Source of the DNA: a virus
Taxonomy: Duplodnaviria; Caudoviricetes
Direction: 5' to 3' (one strand)
Length of the DNA: 41,327 bases
IMG/VR virus record: IMGVR_UViG_3300020385_000023
Span: 1-41,327 of that record
In this document: positions 17,903 to 25,959 of the stretch, piece by piece
How the letters are laid out: every line of letters starts with the position of its first letter
Numbering within the stretch: the first letter of the stretch is position 1
The notes under the pieces: generated by a model
The model's input: the letters and a program-made list of their open reading frames with translations, nothing else
Databases searched by the model: none
What the model was told of the DNA's origin: nothing
Position numbers and translations under genes: made by a program

Positions 17903-18235
17903 ATGAAGTATGGATATGCTCGGGAGACGGGCGATCACGATCTGGCTCTGCAGCTTTCAGAGTTAGAGGCGGATGGCTGTCAGTCTGTCATTACCGAGAA
18001 TCAAAAAGGCTTTCGTGAACTTAACGGATTAATGACCAGGTTAGATAAAGGGGATTCGTTAGTCGTTTGGCGTATCGATAAACTGGCCGATTCATTGACG
18101 GAACTCAATGGTCGAGTCGAGGAACTGCAGAAGGTGGGTGTTAATCTTTGTTCGGTACTTGAGAAGTTTGATAGTAGTAAGGATTCGGGGATCACTAAAG
18201 CCATTATTAGCCAACTGGCGGAGTTAGAGAAGTAA
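17903..18235 (+). CDS. Truncated serine-recombinase-like protein (catalytic domain only, YARET instead of YARVS)
   Basis: KYGYAR and L.KGD.LVVWRIDKL motifs; no C-terminal HTH. Confidence 0.75.
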   Translation: MKYGYARETGDHDLALQLSELEADGCQSVITENQKGFRELNGLMTRLDKGDSLVVWRIDKLADSLTELNGRVEELQKVGVNLCSVLEKFDSSKDSGITKAIISQLAELEK

Positions 18236-18239
18236 GACG

Positions 18240-18563
18240 CTACCCGTTTCTATGTCGTTCTAGCATCATGATCAGCGTGACCAATATGGTCCGCACATCT
18301 GGCGGGAGTGTTCGAGCTGCCGCCGCCACATCCCACGGGGTCGCCCCTTCAACGCCCATTACATCTAAGCACAAATCCAACTCTGTCACGTTGAGCATTT
18401 TCAATAAACGCCTGTAATGCGTCATTTTAATGTCCGTCTGTCCATTCTCGATCCTTTGATATGTTTTTAATGATAATCCTATCATTTCAGCGGCTTGCGC
18501 TTGCGAGATCTCCGCAAGTTCGCGCCTTTTCTTAACTGCACCGATAAACCTTTCTTGCGACAT
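18240..18563 (-). CDS. XRE-family HTH regulator
   Basis: KKRRE...ISQAQAAEMIGLSLKTYQRIENG motif. Confidence 0.88.
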   Translation of the reverse strand: MSQERFIGAVKKRRELAEISQAQAAEMIGLSLKTYQRIENGQTDIKMTHYRRLLKMLNVTELDLCLDVMGVEGATPWDVAAAARTLPPDVRTILVTLIMMLERHRNG

Positions 18564-18918
18564 ACGTCATACCCCATGCGACAATTTTTTCTCTTATTGA
18601 TAATTATAGAACTAAAAAGTCGCATCGTATTTTCACCCATAAGGCTTAGGGATATATTCGACTTGTTGGCTAAGTGACCTTGCAGTATTGAGCTGGAACC
18701 TTAAAGGCTTGAGATAGGTTTAATTACAAAAGCAATCACCACTCAAGAACGCCGCAATAAAAGCCGATGATAAAAGCGGCTAGGGTGCTTTTCTGTTCCA
18801 ATCTGCTGATCACTTGCATTGTGAAACTAACAAGTAAGATGGTTCCGAAGTGTGCATTTCGGAAATTTTCAAGCACATGTTAGTAATGGTTTAAATGAAG
18901 TAACAATAAAGGTCGAAT

Positions 18919-19095
18919 ATGCAAAGTATCAAATTGGAAGCATTGACGAAGTGTGATCAGGTGTTGAGTATTCTTTCAGTCTCCGAGAACCTAACGAATA
19001 ATGATGATAATGTCATCGCCGAGATCCGTGCGGCAAACCTCCTAAATAAAGGGCTGCTGATGGAAATTAAAGAACTATTAGAATCTGCAACGTAA
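18919..19095 (+). CDS. Small 58-aa helical protein (not in ORF track)
   Basis: MQSIKLEALTKCDQVLSILSVSENLTNNDDNVIAEIRAANLLNKGLLMEIKELLESAT; AAGG upstream; ends 11 nt before the lipoprotein gene. Confidence 0.65.
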   Translation: MQSIKLEALTKCDQVLSILSVSENLTNNDDNVIAEIRAANLLNKGLLMEIKELLESAT

Positions 19096-19106
19096 GGTTA
19101 GGAATA

Positions 19107-19448
19107 ATGAAAAAGTTTATTTTGGCCACGGTAGCGGTCGTTTCTCTGTCTGCCTGTATGGACGATGAGACAAAATGGCTATACGAGGGCAATCCCGACG
19201 GCTTGAACCGTCAAGAATGGAGCCAGGCTTATCCCGATCTGAAGCTGGGGACGGCGGGCCGTTGGCTGCAGTCTCTCGATGAAAAGGGTTTTATCAAAGA
19301 TAAAGCCTTGGTGAGTGGTCCGGAGTTTAAGCAGAACGCGCAAAAGCTCGCGGATTTCTTGGATAGCTCGATCAATGTCTCTCAAGCTGAAACGAACCAC
19401 CTGGTCGCGTCATGTGTTCAAACGATGGGCTGGGCGTCGAACTCATAA
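19107..19448 (+). CDS. Lipoprotein, possible superinfection exclusion / moron
   Basis: MKKFILATVAVVSLSA-C lipobox; AGGA Shine-Dalgarno. Confidence 0.8.
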   Translation: MKKFILATVAVVSLSACMDDETKWLYEGNPDGLNRQEWSQAYPDLKLGTAGRWLQSLDEKGFIKDKALVSGPEFKQNAQKLADFLDSSINVSQAETNHLVASCVQTMGWASNS

Positions 19449-19476
19449 AGAAAGGCCGCATCGATGCGGCCTCTTT
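19449..19476. terminator. Bidirectional terminator
   Basis: aggccgca-tcga-tgcggcct between convergent genes. Confidence 0.75.
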
Positions 19477-19477
19477 A

Positions 19478-19753
19478 TTAGAATAGTGATTCTTGTCTCG
19501 GCTCTAGGGGTTTTGGCCGCTTAGGGCATGGATGAACATCGATGTCGGGCTCTTGAACGTAAAGGTGACACTTCTCATTCCAGAACACCTCGGCGTTGTT
19601 CCTGGTGCATGTGCCAAAGCGTTGCTTTCGTGGCTCGATACTAAAGCCATAATTGTCCACCTTGGGCGCGAATGCGTCAGTTTTCCAGCCCTTTTGTTGG
19701 TAGCACTGGCAACTAAAGCATGTATCCGGAAGACTCATTCTATTGATAAGCAT
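19478..19753 (-). CDS. Cys-rich hypothetical protein
   Basis: CxxCxC...C...C pattern; overlaps the upstream gene. Confidence 0.65.
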   Translation of the reverse strand: MLINRMSLPDTCFSCQCYQQKGWKTDAFAPKVDNYGFSIEPRKQRFGTCTRNNAEVFWNEKCHLYVQEPDIDVHPCPKRPKPLEPRQESLF

Positions 19754-19979
19754 GGGCGCCGCCCCCTTGCCTGGTGATCTCTTGATAACAGGCTTTTGCT
19801 ATCGCCTCACCAAAGAAATCAGGTTTATCCTTTAGGTACTCGATCACTTGAGCGGCGGGTTGGTGAATGATGTCAGATAGACGCAAAGCGCCCGAAAGGT
19901 TATTATTACCTTGCAGCATAATTAAATCCCATTGGTTGTGTTGTTGAATGCCAGGCGGTTGTAGGGGTGAGATACTCAA
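19740..19979 (-). CDS. Hypothetical protein
   Basis: Follows the par genes; start codon uncertain. Confidence 0.55.
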   Translation of the reverse strand: MSISPLQPPGIQQHNQWDLIMLQGNNNLSGALRLSDIIHQPAAQVIEYLKDKPDFFGEAIAKACYQEITRQGGGAHAYQ

Positions 19980-20007
19980 CCGCCCGGCGTCCTTTCAAGT
20001 GTTCGAA

Positions 20008-20244
20008 TTAATGGTGTTCTTTCCAGAACTCGAACATTTTCTTGAACTGGTCTATTTGTGATACGTCGTTAGTCACGCAATACACTTTCCATTCTTTCAC
20101 GAACTCTTTGTCCGCCTTAAAGTTAAGGTTCGCCATTTCGCCACTACCGACTTTTGCGGTGTTCTCTTGGCCGTTTGGTGCCGTTGCTACGGTTGGCGGT
20201 GTGCCTTTGCCTGGTTTCTTTGGTTTGTTTCCTGGATTAGCCAT
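20008..20244 (-). CDS. Small centromere-binding partition protein (ParG/omega-like RHH)
   Basis: 78 aa, disordered N-terminal tail plus LNFKADKEFVKEWK ribbon-helix; directly after parA. Confidence 0.75.
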   Translation of the reverse strand: MANPGNKPKKPGKGTPPTVATAPNGQENTAKVGSGEMANLNFKADKEFVKEWKVYCVTNDVSQIDQFKKMFEFWKEHH

Positions 20245-20251
20245 TGTGTAG

Positions 20252-20283
20252 CCTCTTTAATTCTTTATTTCGTTAATTCTGTA
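20252..20283 (-). repeat. Octamer array D at the parA/partner junction
   Basis: Plus strand reads cctcttta-attcttta-tttcgtta-attctgta. Confidence 0.75.
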
Positions 20284-20906
20284 ATGCGAGTCATGATCGA
20301 TTGAATCAGTTGATCAGCCTGTTCGCGTGGGCCTTTGTACTGGCATTCAGTCGCCGCTTTGCCCTGGTCGGATGCGCGTCTAAATGCGGTCTTTTCTTGC
20401 ATTCTTCCAGTCAGTACCAGGTAAGGAGTTTGTCCCATATAAGCGAGTGCATCCTCAAACTCTCGATCGCTGTCGCCAGTTCGGCAAAATGCGAACGCGA
20501 GCTTTGCTGCAGGGATGCCATTTTTTACCAGGTCATTCGCTAGAACGACGGCGGGTTCCATGTCATCGAGGGCGAACCCTGTCGGGATGATGACAATGTC
20601 GGATTGTTTAGCAATTTCTAACGTCGCTTTGGTTGCGTGTGGTGCGCCATCAAAAATAAACGCGTCGTAGTTGTCCGCTTGCTTGATTGCCTGGCTAACT
20701 GTGCCGAAACATTCAACGGCGACGATTGGCGCTAGTTCGGCCTCAAGGCGGCGTTTTTGCCATTGGTAGCTAGTTGATTGACTGATGTCTAGGTCTGCGA
20801 TTTTTACGTCCCACTCATGGCTTGCGTAAGCGGTGGCCAATGCGCGGGCGATGGTAGATTTACCCACGCCGCCCTTTTGTGAAACTACACCTATTTTATA
20901 TCCCAT
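20265..20906 (-). CDS. parA: ParA partition ATPase (short, type Ib)
   Basis: SQKGGVGKST deviant Walker A, DLD and FDGAP motifs; no N-terminal HTH. Confidence 0.93.
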   Translation of the reverse strand: MGYKIGVVSQKGGVGKSTIARALATAYASHEWDVKIADLDISQSTSYQWQKRRLEAELAPIVAVECFGTVSQAIKQADNYDAFIFDGAPHATKATLEIAKQSDIVIIPTGFALDDMEPAVVLANDLVKNGIPAAKLAFAFCRTGDSDREFEDALAYMGQTPYLVLTGRMQEKTAFRRASDQGKAATECQYKGPREQADQLIQSIMTRITELTK

Positions 20907-20918
20907 TGGTTGGCGTCC

Positions 20919-21019
20919 TTTCGTTAATTAAAGAATTCGTTAATGCTTTAATTGCTATATTAGGACGAATCGGCCGAAAGGTAAAGAGGAAGAATTAAAT
21001 AATTAAAGAAATAAAGAGC
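20919..21019 (-). promoter_or_regulatory. parA promoter (TTTACC-N17-TAATAT) flanked by octamer cluster E
   Basis: -35 at 20985-20980 and -10 at 20962-20957. Octamers at 20919, 20929, 20935, 20943, 20996, 21004 and 21012. Confidence 0.75.
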
Positions 21020-21046
21020 CAGTCCGTTAAGGCTGGCTCCCTCACT

Positions 21047-21877
21047 TTAAACGTTGACGTAGACGTCACTCGCGCTTAATAGTTTTATTTGGTTGATGAT
21101 CCCGTTTTGCTGCCTAATTAGATTGACTAAAGCGGTATAGTCTCGGCCTGCACTATCTATATTTTCAACTTTCACGGCGAGCCCTTGGCGTTCTGCTTCC
21201 ATGAGTTGGTTGATTAAATTTCCCAATGGGCTTACTACTGAATCACTATTGTATCGAACTGGAATAACTTCAACTGGGCTAAGAGGTGTTTTCGGTAAGC
21301 TGACTATTTCAACATTGGTGTTATTCAATTCGTGTGCAAGGTGCTGAATGTAACCGAGGGCATTCTCAAATTCTCGATATGGGATTTGGTCATATTTGGC
21401 GACTTTAAAGTGACTTTTTAATCGCCCGTATAGCTTAGAGTAGGTGGCGTGTTGTTCTGGTTGTTGGAATTGTTTGGCTATTTTGGCAATTAGCTGACGT
21501 ATTTCGGATTGCTGTGATGGGGTGAGCGTTTGGTTCGATAAAACAGGGTAGAGTTTAGCGGCCATGTCGTTAAAGGCTCGGATGTAGGCTTCTTTGATTG
21601 CCGCTGCCTTTTTACCAGTAAAACCCATTACCAAGAACATAAATCCATCTTTAGTTATATTCCATAGATCATATTGGTTTCCTTTATGTTCATACTTAAC
21701 CGCTAAAAAGTTAGCGGTTAAAAAATCATCTGAACAATCAAGGCTTTTTATCTTAGCGGTTACGTTTCTATGTTGCTTGCCAAATGCTTCAGCGACTTTA
21801 ATTGAAGTAGTGACTAGGCTATCGTTTTGGGCAAAAACGGCATCGGATGGAATAAGGGTTAGGGAAGTTGTTGGCAT
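21047..21877 (-). CDS. Rha-family regulatory / antirepressor protein
   Basis: TTS..VAEAFGKQH and ITKDGFMFLVMGFTGKKAAAIKEAYI.AFN.M motifs, plus an ORF6C-like LK.HF.VAKY..IP...F..AL.YI segment. Confidence 0.9.
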   Translation of the reverse strand: MPTTSLTLIPSDAVFAQNDSLVTTSIKVAEAFGKQHRNVTAKIKSLDCSDDFLTANFLAVKYEHKGNQYDLWNITKDGFMFLVMGFTGKKAAAIKEAYIRAFNDMAAKLYPVLSNQTLTPSQQSEIRQLIAKIAKQFQQPEQHATYSKLYGRLKSHFKVAKYDQIPYREFENALGYIQHLAHELNNTNVEIVSLPKTPLSPVEVIPVRYNSDSVVSPLGNLINQLMEAERQGLAVKVENIDSAGRDYTALVNLIRQQNGIINQIKLLSASDVYVNV

Positions 21878-21928
21878 GATGGCCTCCTTTGTATGGTTTT
21901 AATCACCACCGAGAGGTCTCAATCTCTG

Positions 21929-22008
21929 GGTGGTGAACTGAATCGGGTTGAGACTACCGTTACAAAGGAAACGGCCTAACCGAAGTTAGCCCAATCCAGC
22001 CCACCATA
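21929..22008 (-). ncRNA. C4-type antisense RNA (P1 C4 / P4 CI class)
   Basis: Closing stem tggtgggctggattggg / cccgattcagttcacca. Loops CCTTTGT and GTCTCAA are complementary to flanking targets on both sides. Confidence 0.85.
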
Positions 22009-22033
22009 ATTCAGATGTGCCAAATTTTCGCAT

Positions 22034-22149
22034 AAAAAAACCAGCAAAAAGCTGGCGACAATGCGCCTTTGTAGTTTCGGGGTCTCAATCCCGGCACTGG
22101 ATTTTGCCAGTGCCTTTTTAGATTAAGCCCCGAACAGGCATATTGTCAA
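22034..22149 (-). promoter_or_regulatory. Promoter TTGACA-N18-TAATCT, C4 a1/b1 targets and attenuator
   Basis: TTGAGAC at 22088-22082, ACAAAGG at 22072-22066, hairpin ccagc/gctgg plus T7 at 22055-22034. Confidence 0.75.
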
Positions 22150-22154
22150 TGATG

Positions 22155-22451
22155 TTATTTGAGCGATCCTCGCTCCTTTTCTAATTGCTCAATGACCAAG
22201 TCGAGTATCTCGGGAATGGCTTCCTCTTTGAATTTCATTTCAGTTTTGAACTCGTGAAAGCCAGATGCTTTATTTTCACCTAGATGTAAAAATTCATTCG
22301 CAATCGCTTTGAACGTTTTTGTGTGGCCACGGCCTGTTGTCGATTCATACTCAACATCGATAATCACACCTCTCTTTTCTAGGCACTTTGATAGACCTGA
22401 TGGATTAAGTGAAAGATCATAGGTATCGATTAGTTTTGTTAGTGTAAGCAT
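22155..22451 (-). CDS. Possible stand-alone ANT/KilAC-like antirepressor domain protein
   Basis: LTKL...L.KRG....S..G..K.F......G.N pattern; GGAG Shine-Dalgarno before ATG 22451. Confidence 0.55.
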   Translation of the reverse strand: MLTLTKLIDTYDLSLNPSGLSKCLEKRGVIIDVEYESTTGRGHTKTFKAIANEFLHLGENKASGFHEFKTEMKFKEEAIPEILDLVIEQLEKERGSLK

Positions 22452-22529
22452 GGTGTTCTCCTTGTATGAAAACACCAAATTATCCTTTTAGAATTAGCTA
22501 ATTAAACCTGAATCCGTTGATTTGTGACG

Positions 22530-23399
22530 TTAAGCTGCTTTACCGTCAAAGTTGCCGTTATAGTTCACGGGGATCATGTCTTCCTCTCGGACTAACCCTT
22601 CCTGCAGTTCGTTAACCTTGAATAGCCAATCTTGCGCAAAGTCGATTGTGTCGCTACCAGGGCGCAAACCACCCGGAGGCGCTGCACAAAGTTTGCTGCC
22701 GTTGTCTGGGTCATTAGTGATCAGGCCGCCGCGTCCAGATTGATGTAGGTAGAGCAATGAACGGCCCTCGAAGATACTGCCGTCTGGTCGTTGCATCTTG
22801 GTTTTTTGTGGCCAAATGATCAGGTGGTCTTTGTTGTTGTGGTACAAGCCCGCGCCGGTATCGTGTGCCAGTTGTTTTTGAAGTTCGGCGATCTTCGCTA
22901 TTGCCTGTTGAGTTTCAGCGCGTGACTTCTCTAAGGCTTTGCCCGCGTCTTTGAGAGCGGCTTCGGCTTGTCTGATGCGTTTATCTTTCTCGATGGCTTT
23001 TTGTTGCTGGCGTTTGTTTTGCTCTTTGAGCTTTTTCGGGTTTAGCTTTTTCAGCTCTTTAAGCTCGTTCTGTAGGCTTTTGACCATAGCTTTTGAACGG
23101 TTCAGCTCTTGCTGAACACCGGTTGATTTGTTGGCAATGTCTTCGGCTTGTAATGCCATGTCACGGCAAAACTCGCTTTCTTGTTTCAGTTCCTCGATCT
23201 CTTTGATTTGGGCGTTACATTGGCGCTTGTAACCGTCGCGCTCTTGCTGCAGTCGTTGATTGTCGCTGACCATTTCATCCCAATCGGCGTTTTGTTGGTT
23301 GTATGAAGCCAAGAACGCCGCTAACAGGTCATCACTGCCATATTGAGCAAGGGCGTTTAATGTGCTGAGTTGTTTTAGTTCTTGTGTGGTGCTATCCAT
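22530..23399 (-). CDS. Coiled-coil hypothetical protein
   Basis: Long Q/E/K heptad region plus globular C-terminus. Confidence 0.8.
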   Translation of the reverse strand: MDSTTQELKQLSTLNALAQYGSDDLLAAFLASYNQQNADWDEMVSDNQRLQQERDGYKRQCNAQIKEIEELKQESEFCRDMALQAEDIANKSTGVQQELNRSKAMVKSLQNELKELKKLNPKKLKEQNKRQQQKAIEKDKRIRQAEAALKDAGKALEKSRAETQQAIAKIAELQKQLAHDTGAGLYHNNKDHLIIWPQKTKMQRPDGSIFEGRSLLYLHQSGRGGLITNDPDNGSKLCAAPPGGLRPGSDTIDFAQDWLFKVNELQEGLVREEDMIPVNYNGNFDGKAA

Positions 23400-23410
23400 T
23401 GTCGGGATCC

Positions 23411-24025
23411 TTACATTGAAACTTTTACAGTGCCGAGGTGTTTAAATACGGCGTTAAACTTGTCGAGATTTGGGCCTAAGTAGGTGATACAACTTCCCTT
23501 AGTGACGTTGTTGTCGATGGTCCCGTCCGGCTTGTAGTATTGAACGCGCCCGTTTGGGTAACATTGAGGGTAAGGAAGCAGTTTTCTAAACCAGGTTTCG
23601 GACGTATTGGCGAACGTGATGCAAATGGCCTCTTTGACGTTCCCGCTTTGGTATTCGCCGATGAGCTTTTCGACCCAGTCGAGATTATTAGGAATGTCTT
23701 CGTCGATGTGATAGCCGCGCTTTTCACAGGCTTTTTTCTTGCATTTGCTTCGGTCTTTTGGACAGGCTTTTTCGCCGCGGTGGAATGGATGGTTCATCCA
23801 TAAGGTGTTAGCTTTCCATTCCTTGCTGAGTCCGTCATCTTCACGGCTATAAAATTGCTCCGCCATCACGATCAGATTGGCCGCGAGTGAGCTGGCCGGA
23901 TCGAGTTCAATACTTCCCATTACTTCACGCGCTGCGTCGGTCCATACTTTTGGGGTGTAATACTCCAAGGCGCCACTGGATTGATTGACCAGTTGAGAGG
24001 GGTTTTTAACGGTGGCCGTTGTCAT
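23411..24025 (-). CDS. Phage DNA N6-adenine methyltransferase-like protein
   Basis: YYTP, IELDPAS, DDGL..EW, WMNHPF (motif IV variant) and T.ETWF motifs. Confidence 0.8.
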   Translation of the reverse strand: MTTATVKNPSQLVNQSSGALEYYTPKVWTDAAREVMGSIELDPASSLAANLIVMAEQFYSREDDGLSKEWKANTLWMNHPFHRGEKACPKDRSKCKKKACEKRGYHIDEDIPNNLDWVEKLIGEYQSGNVKEAICITFANTSETWFRKLLPYPQCYPNGRVQYYKPDGTIDNNVTKGSCITYLGPNLDKFNAVFKHLGTVKVSM

Positions 24026-24375
24026 GCGTTGTTCTCCGTTAGGCGTTGTGTTTTTACATCGATGCGAGCCATCAAAACGAGGGTGTCGCGGATTTCTAAA
24101 GGTTGATGGTTTAACTTGTAGCGTTGGTTTAATAAGGCGTTTTCATGGTTATCAACCAGAAATAAATTGTCTGGGCTGCAGTCTTGGCGATCACCATTAC
24201 GAAAACGAACGTTGTGTCCAGCCGGTATCGGCCCGTGTTCCTGTTCGTAGACGACGCGCTGTTTTAATTCCCAGACATTCGGCTCGGCGGTTTTTATTTC
24301 GATGTAACCCTCAACATTGACGCGTTCAAGCTGCTCGAAAAGGTGGTTATTCAAATCAATAAGTTTGTTTTTCAT
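24022..24375 (-). CDS. HNH-like (degenerate, apparently chimeric) protein
   Basis: ATG 24375 coupled to the upstream stop; GYIEIK...RVVYEQEHGPIP.G..V.F.NGD...C...NL motif. Confidence 0.7.
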   Translation of the reverse strand: MKNKLIDLNNHLFEQLERVNVEGYIEIKTAEPNVWELKQRVVYEQEHGPIPAGHNVRFRNGDRQDCSPDNLFLVDNHENALLNQRYKLNHQPLEIRDTLVLMARIDVKTQRLTENNA

Positions 24376-24728
24376 TAGCATAATCCTACGTCGTTGCGCC
24401 CAGTGCGGACGGTTCGGCTTTGTTGGGTTCGAGTTCTGACACGGCAGCGCACGGCTTGATCGTCGATGTCGGTCGCAATGCCAAAGCAAAGGACCAGGCA
24501 CATCACGCGAAGTAAGCCCAGTTGAAACGCTCGGCTGATCATGTGTGGCGTGGTTTTAGCGTCGAGTTTGAACCGAATGTCCTGTTCTATCAGGCTGAGT
24601 TCGGGCGGGGTGAGATGTAACTCGTCGCAAATTTCACGCGAACGTTTGCCGTGAGCGTGTGCATCTAAAACGGTCCGTTCGTCGGTGGTGAGCCCCATCC
24701 CTGGGGCGGTAAATATCGCGCTACTCAT
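24375..24728 (-). CDS. LuxR/GerE-type HTH protein
   Basis: LT..ERTVL...AHGK.SREI...L......I.FKL.A....M...AFQLGL motif; no ligand-binding domain. Confidence 0.75.
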   Translation of the reverse strand: MSSAIFTAPGMGLTTDERTVLDAHAHGKRSREICDELHLTPPELSLIEQDIRFKLDAKTTPHMISRAFQLGLLRVMCLVLCFGIATDIDDQAVRCRVRTRTQQSRTVRTGRNDVGLC

Positions 24729-24996
24729 GGCCGAACCCGTTCAGTGTCAACGCATCAATCATGCTGTGAAGTTGGGCGGTTTCGTTCTGGACTTGCTGCA
24801 GTTGGAAAAAAGCGGCGTTAACCAGTCGGCGAGTTTCTTCGTCGATGTCGTTAGATTCGAGGGCTTTTTCTAAGGTGCAAGCTGCGCCAATCAAAAAACC
24901 TTGTGTCCGTTGCAAACCTTGGATTTGCTGGCGTTGAGCCTTGCGCAAATCGCCCGCGGTTTGAATGGTGATCAGTGCTACGTCGTTGTTACCCAT
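24721..24996 (-). CDS. Hypothetical helical protein
   Basis: AAGGA Shine-Dalgarno before ATG 24996; overlaps the next gene. Confidence 0.7.
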   Translation of the reverse strand: MGNNDVALITIQTAGDLRKAQRQQIQGLQRTQGFLIGAACTLEKALESNDIDEETRRLVNAAFFQLQQVQNETAQLHSMIDALTLNGFGHE

Positions 24997-25115
24997 TGGT
25001 TGTATTTCCTTAGGCGTTGTTTGGTTTTCTTTATGTTGGTTGTTGCTACTGCAAAATGTTGTTTGTTGCTGTCTAAAAAAACGCGGCAAAGCCCGCGCTT
25101 TTGAGTTCGGTGGTC

Positions 25116-25763
25116 TTAGGCGTTTTTCGCCCAGTGCGCGTGGAGGACATACCGCCCGAGCACTTTCAATTTAGCGAAATCGTCCGCCGTGTACGCTCTT
25201 GATGGGGCGTGTTTCTCATCGTCCGCATAAATCACGTAACCGCCATCGGGCTCTTTGCGCACGTAACGCAAAAAGACGCTGCCTTCACTTTCCAGGGCAT
25301 ACACGCCCGAGCCGGTGATCTGGGTGTCGCTTCGGTCCACTAACACCAAATCGCCACGGCTAAAGTGTTGGTTCATCGCTTCGTCAGCCGCTTCGACCAG
25401 TTTCAATTTGTGCTGATGCAAACCGCGGCGTTTCAGTGTTTCCACGTTGAAAGCGAGGTCGTCATCGTTACCACCTGGCTCAAGGTTGGCCAGGATGTAT
25501 TTGTTTGTCTCGATACCAATGCCCGGATCGGTTTTCCAACCCGCTAAATATTCCGGCGTGGTGTCCAGAGTCTTCGCGAGAAATGGGAAAAGTTCTAAGG
25601 ATGGCGCCCGGGATGCACATTCCCAGTTCTGCCAGCGGCCCGGTGAAATATTGGTGCCGGCGATCTCACTCGCTGCTGCTGCCGCTTGTTTCGCGGTCCA
25701 TTGCTTGCGGTTGCGCAGCGTTCGTAAGCGGTCGCCAATGATTTCTTTGGTTTCTTCTCTCAT
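25116..25763 (-). CDS. cI: CI-like repressor (XRE HTH plus S24-like domain lacking catalytic Ser/Lys)
   Basis: IGDRLRTLR...WQNWE...R.P HTH; DEAM...GDLVLVD...GVYAL...FLRY...VLGR C-terminal domain; divergent from cro. Confidence 0.88.
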   Translation of the reverse strand: MREETKEIIGDRLRTLRNRKQWTAKQAAAAASEIAGTNISPGRWQNWECASRAPSLELFPFLAKTLDTTPEYLAGWKTDPGIGIETNKYILANLEPGGNDDDLAFNVETLKRRGLHQHKLKLVEAADEAMNQHFSRGDLVLVDRSDTQITGSGVYALESEGSVFLRYVRKEPDGGYVIYADDEKHAPSRAYTADDFAKLKVLGRYVLHAHWAKNA

Positions 25764-25865
25764 GCTTTACGCCCTTCTTTGAGGCTTTTTTTGTTAGGCG
25801 GGTAACACTTTTGCATCGTGCTAAAACGCCTAAATCGTCGTTTGGTCGGTGTTTGTATCATTAAA

Positions 25866-25949
25866 TTACCACAATTTGCGGAAATTGCCACTTTTCGATC
25901 ATTGTTTTAACAACGTTTTGTTGTTAAAGTGTGTTGCAAATCGCGGAAA
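25866..25949. promoter_or_regulatory. cI/cro operator region
   Basis: Imperfect palindrome TTACCACAA-T-TTGCGGAAA at 25866-25884, a related half-site GCGGAAA near 25943, and inverted repeat TTTAACAAC-N5-GTTGTTAAA at 25906-25928. Confidence 0.6.
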
Positions 25950-25959
25950 GGACAACTTA

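Noticed and set aside
24375-24728. LuxR protein as a quorum-sensing receptor (VqmA-like)
   Set aside because: Only the HTH is present, with no PAS or autoinducer-binding domain
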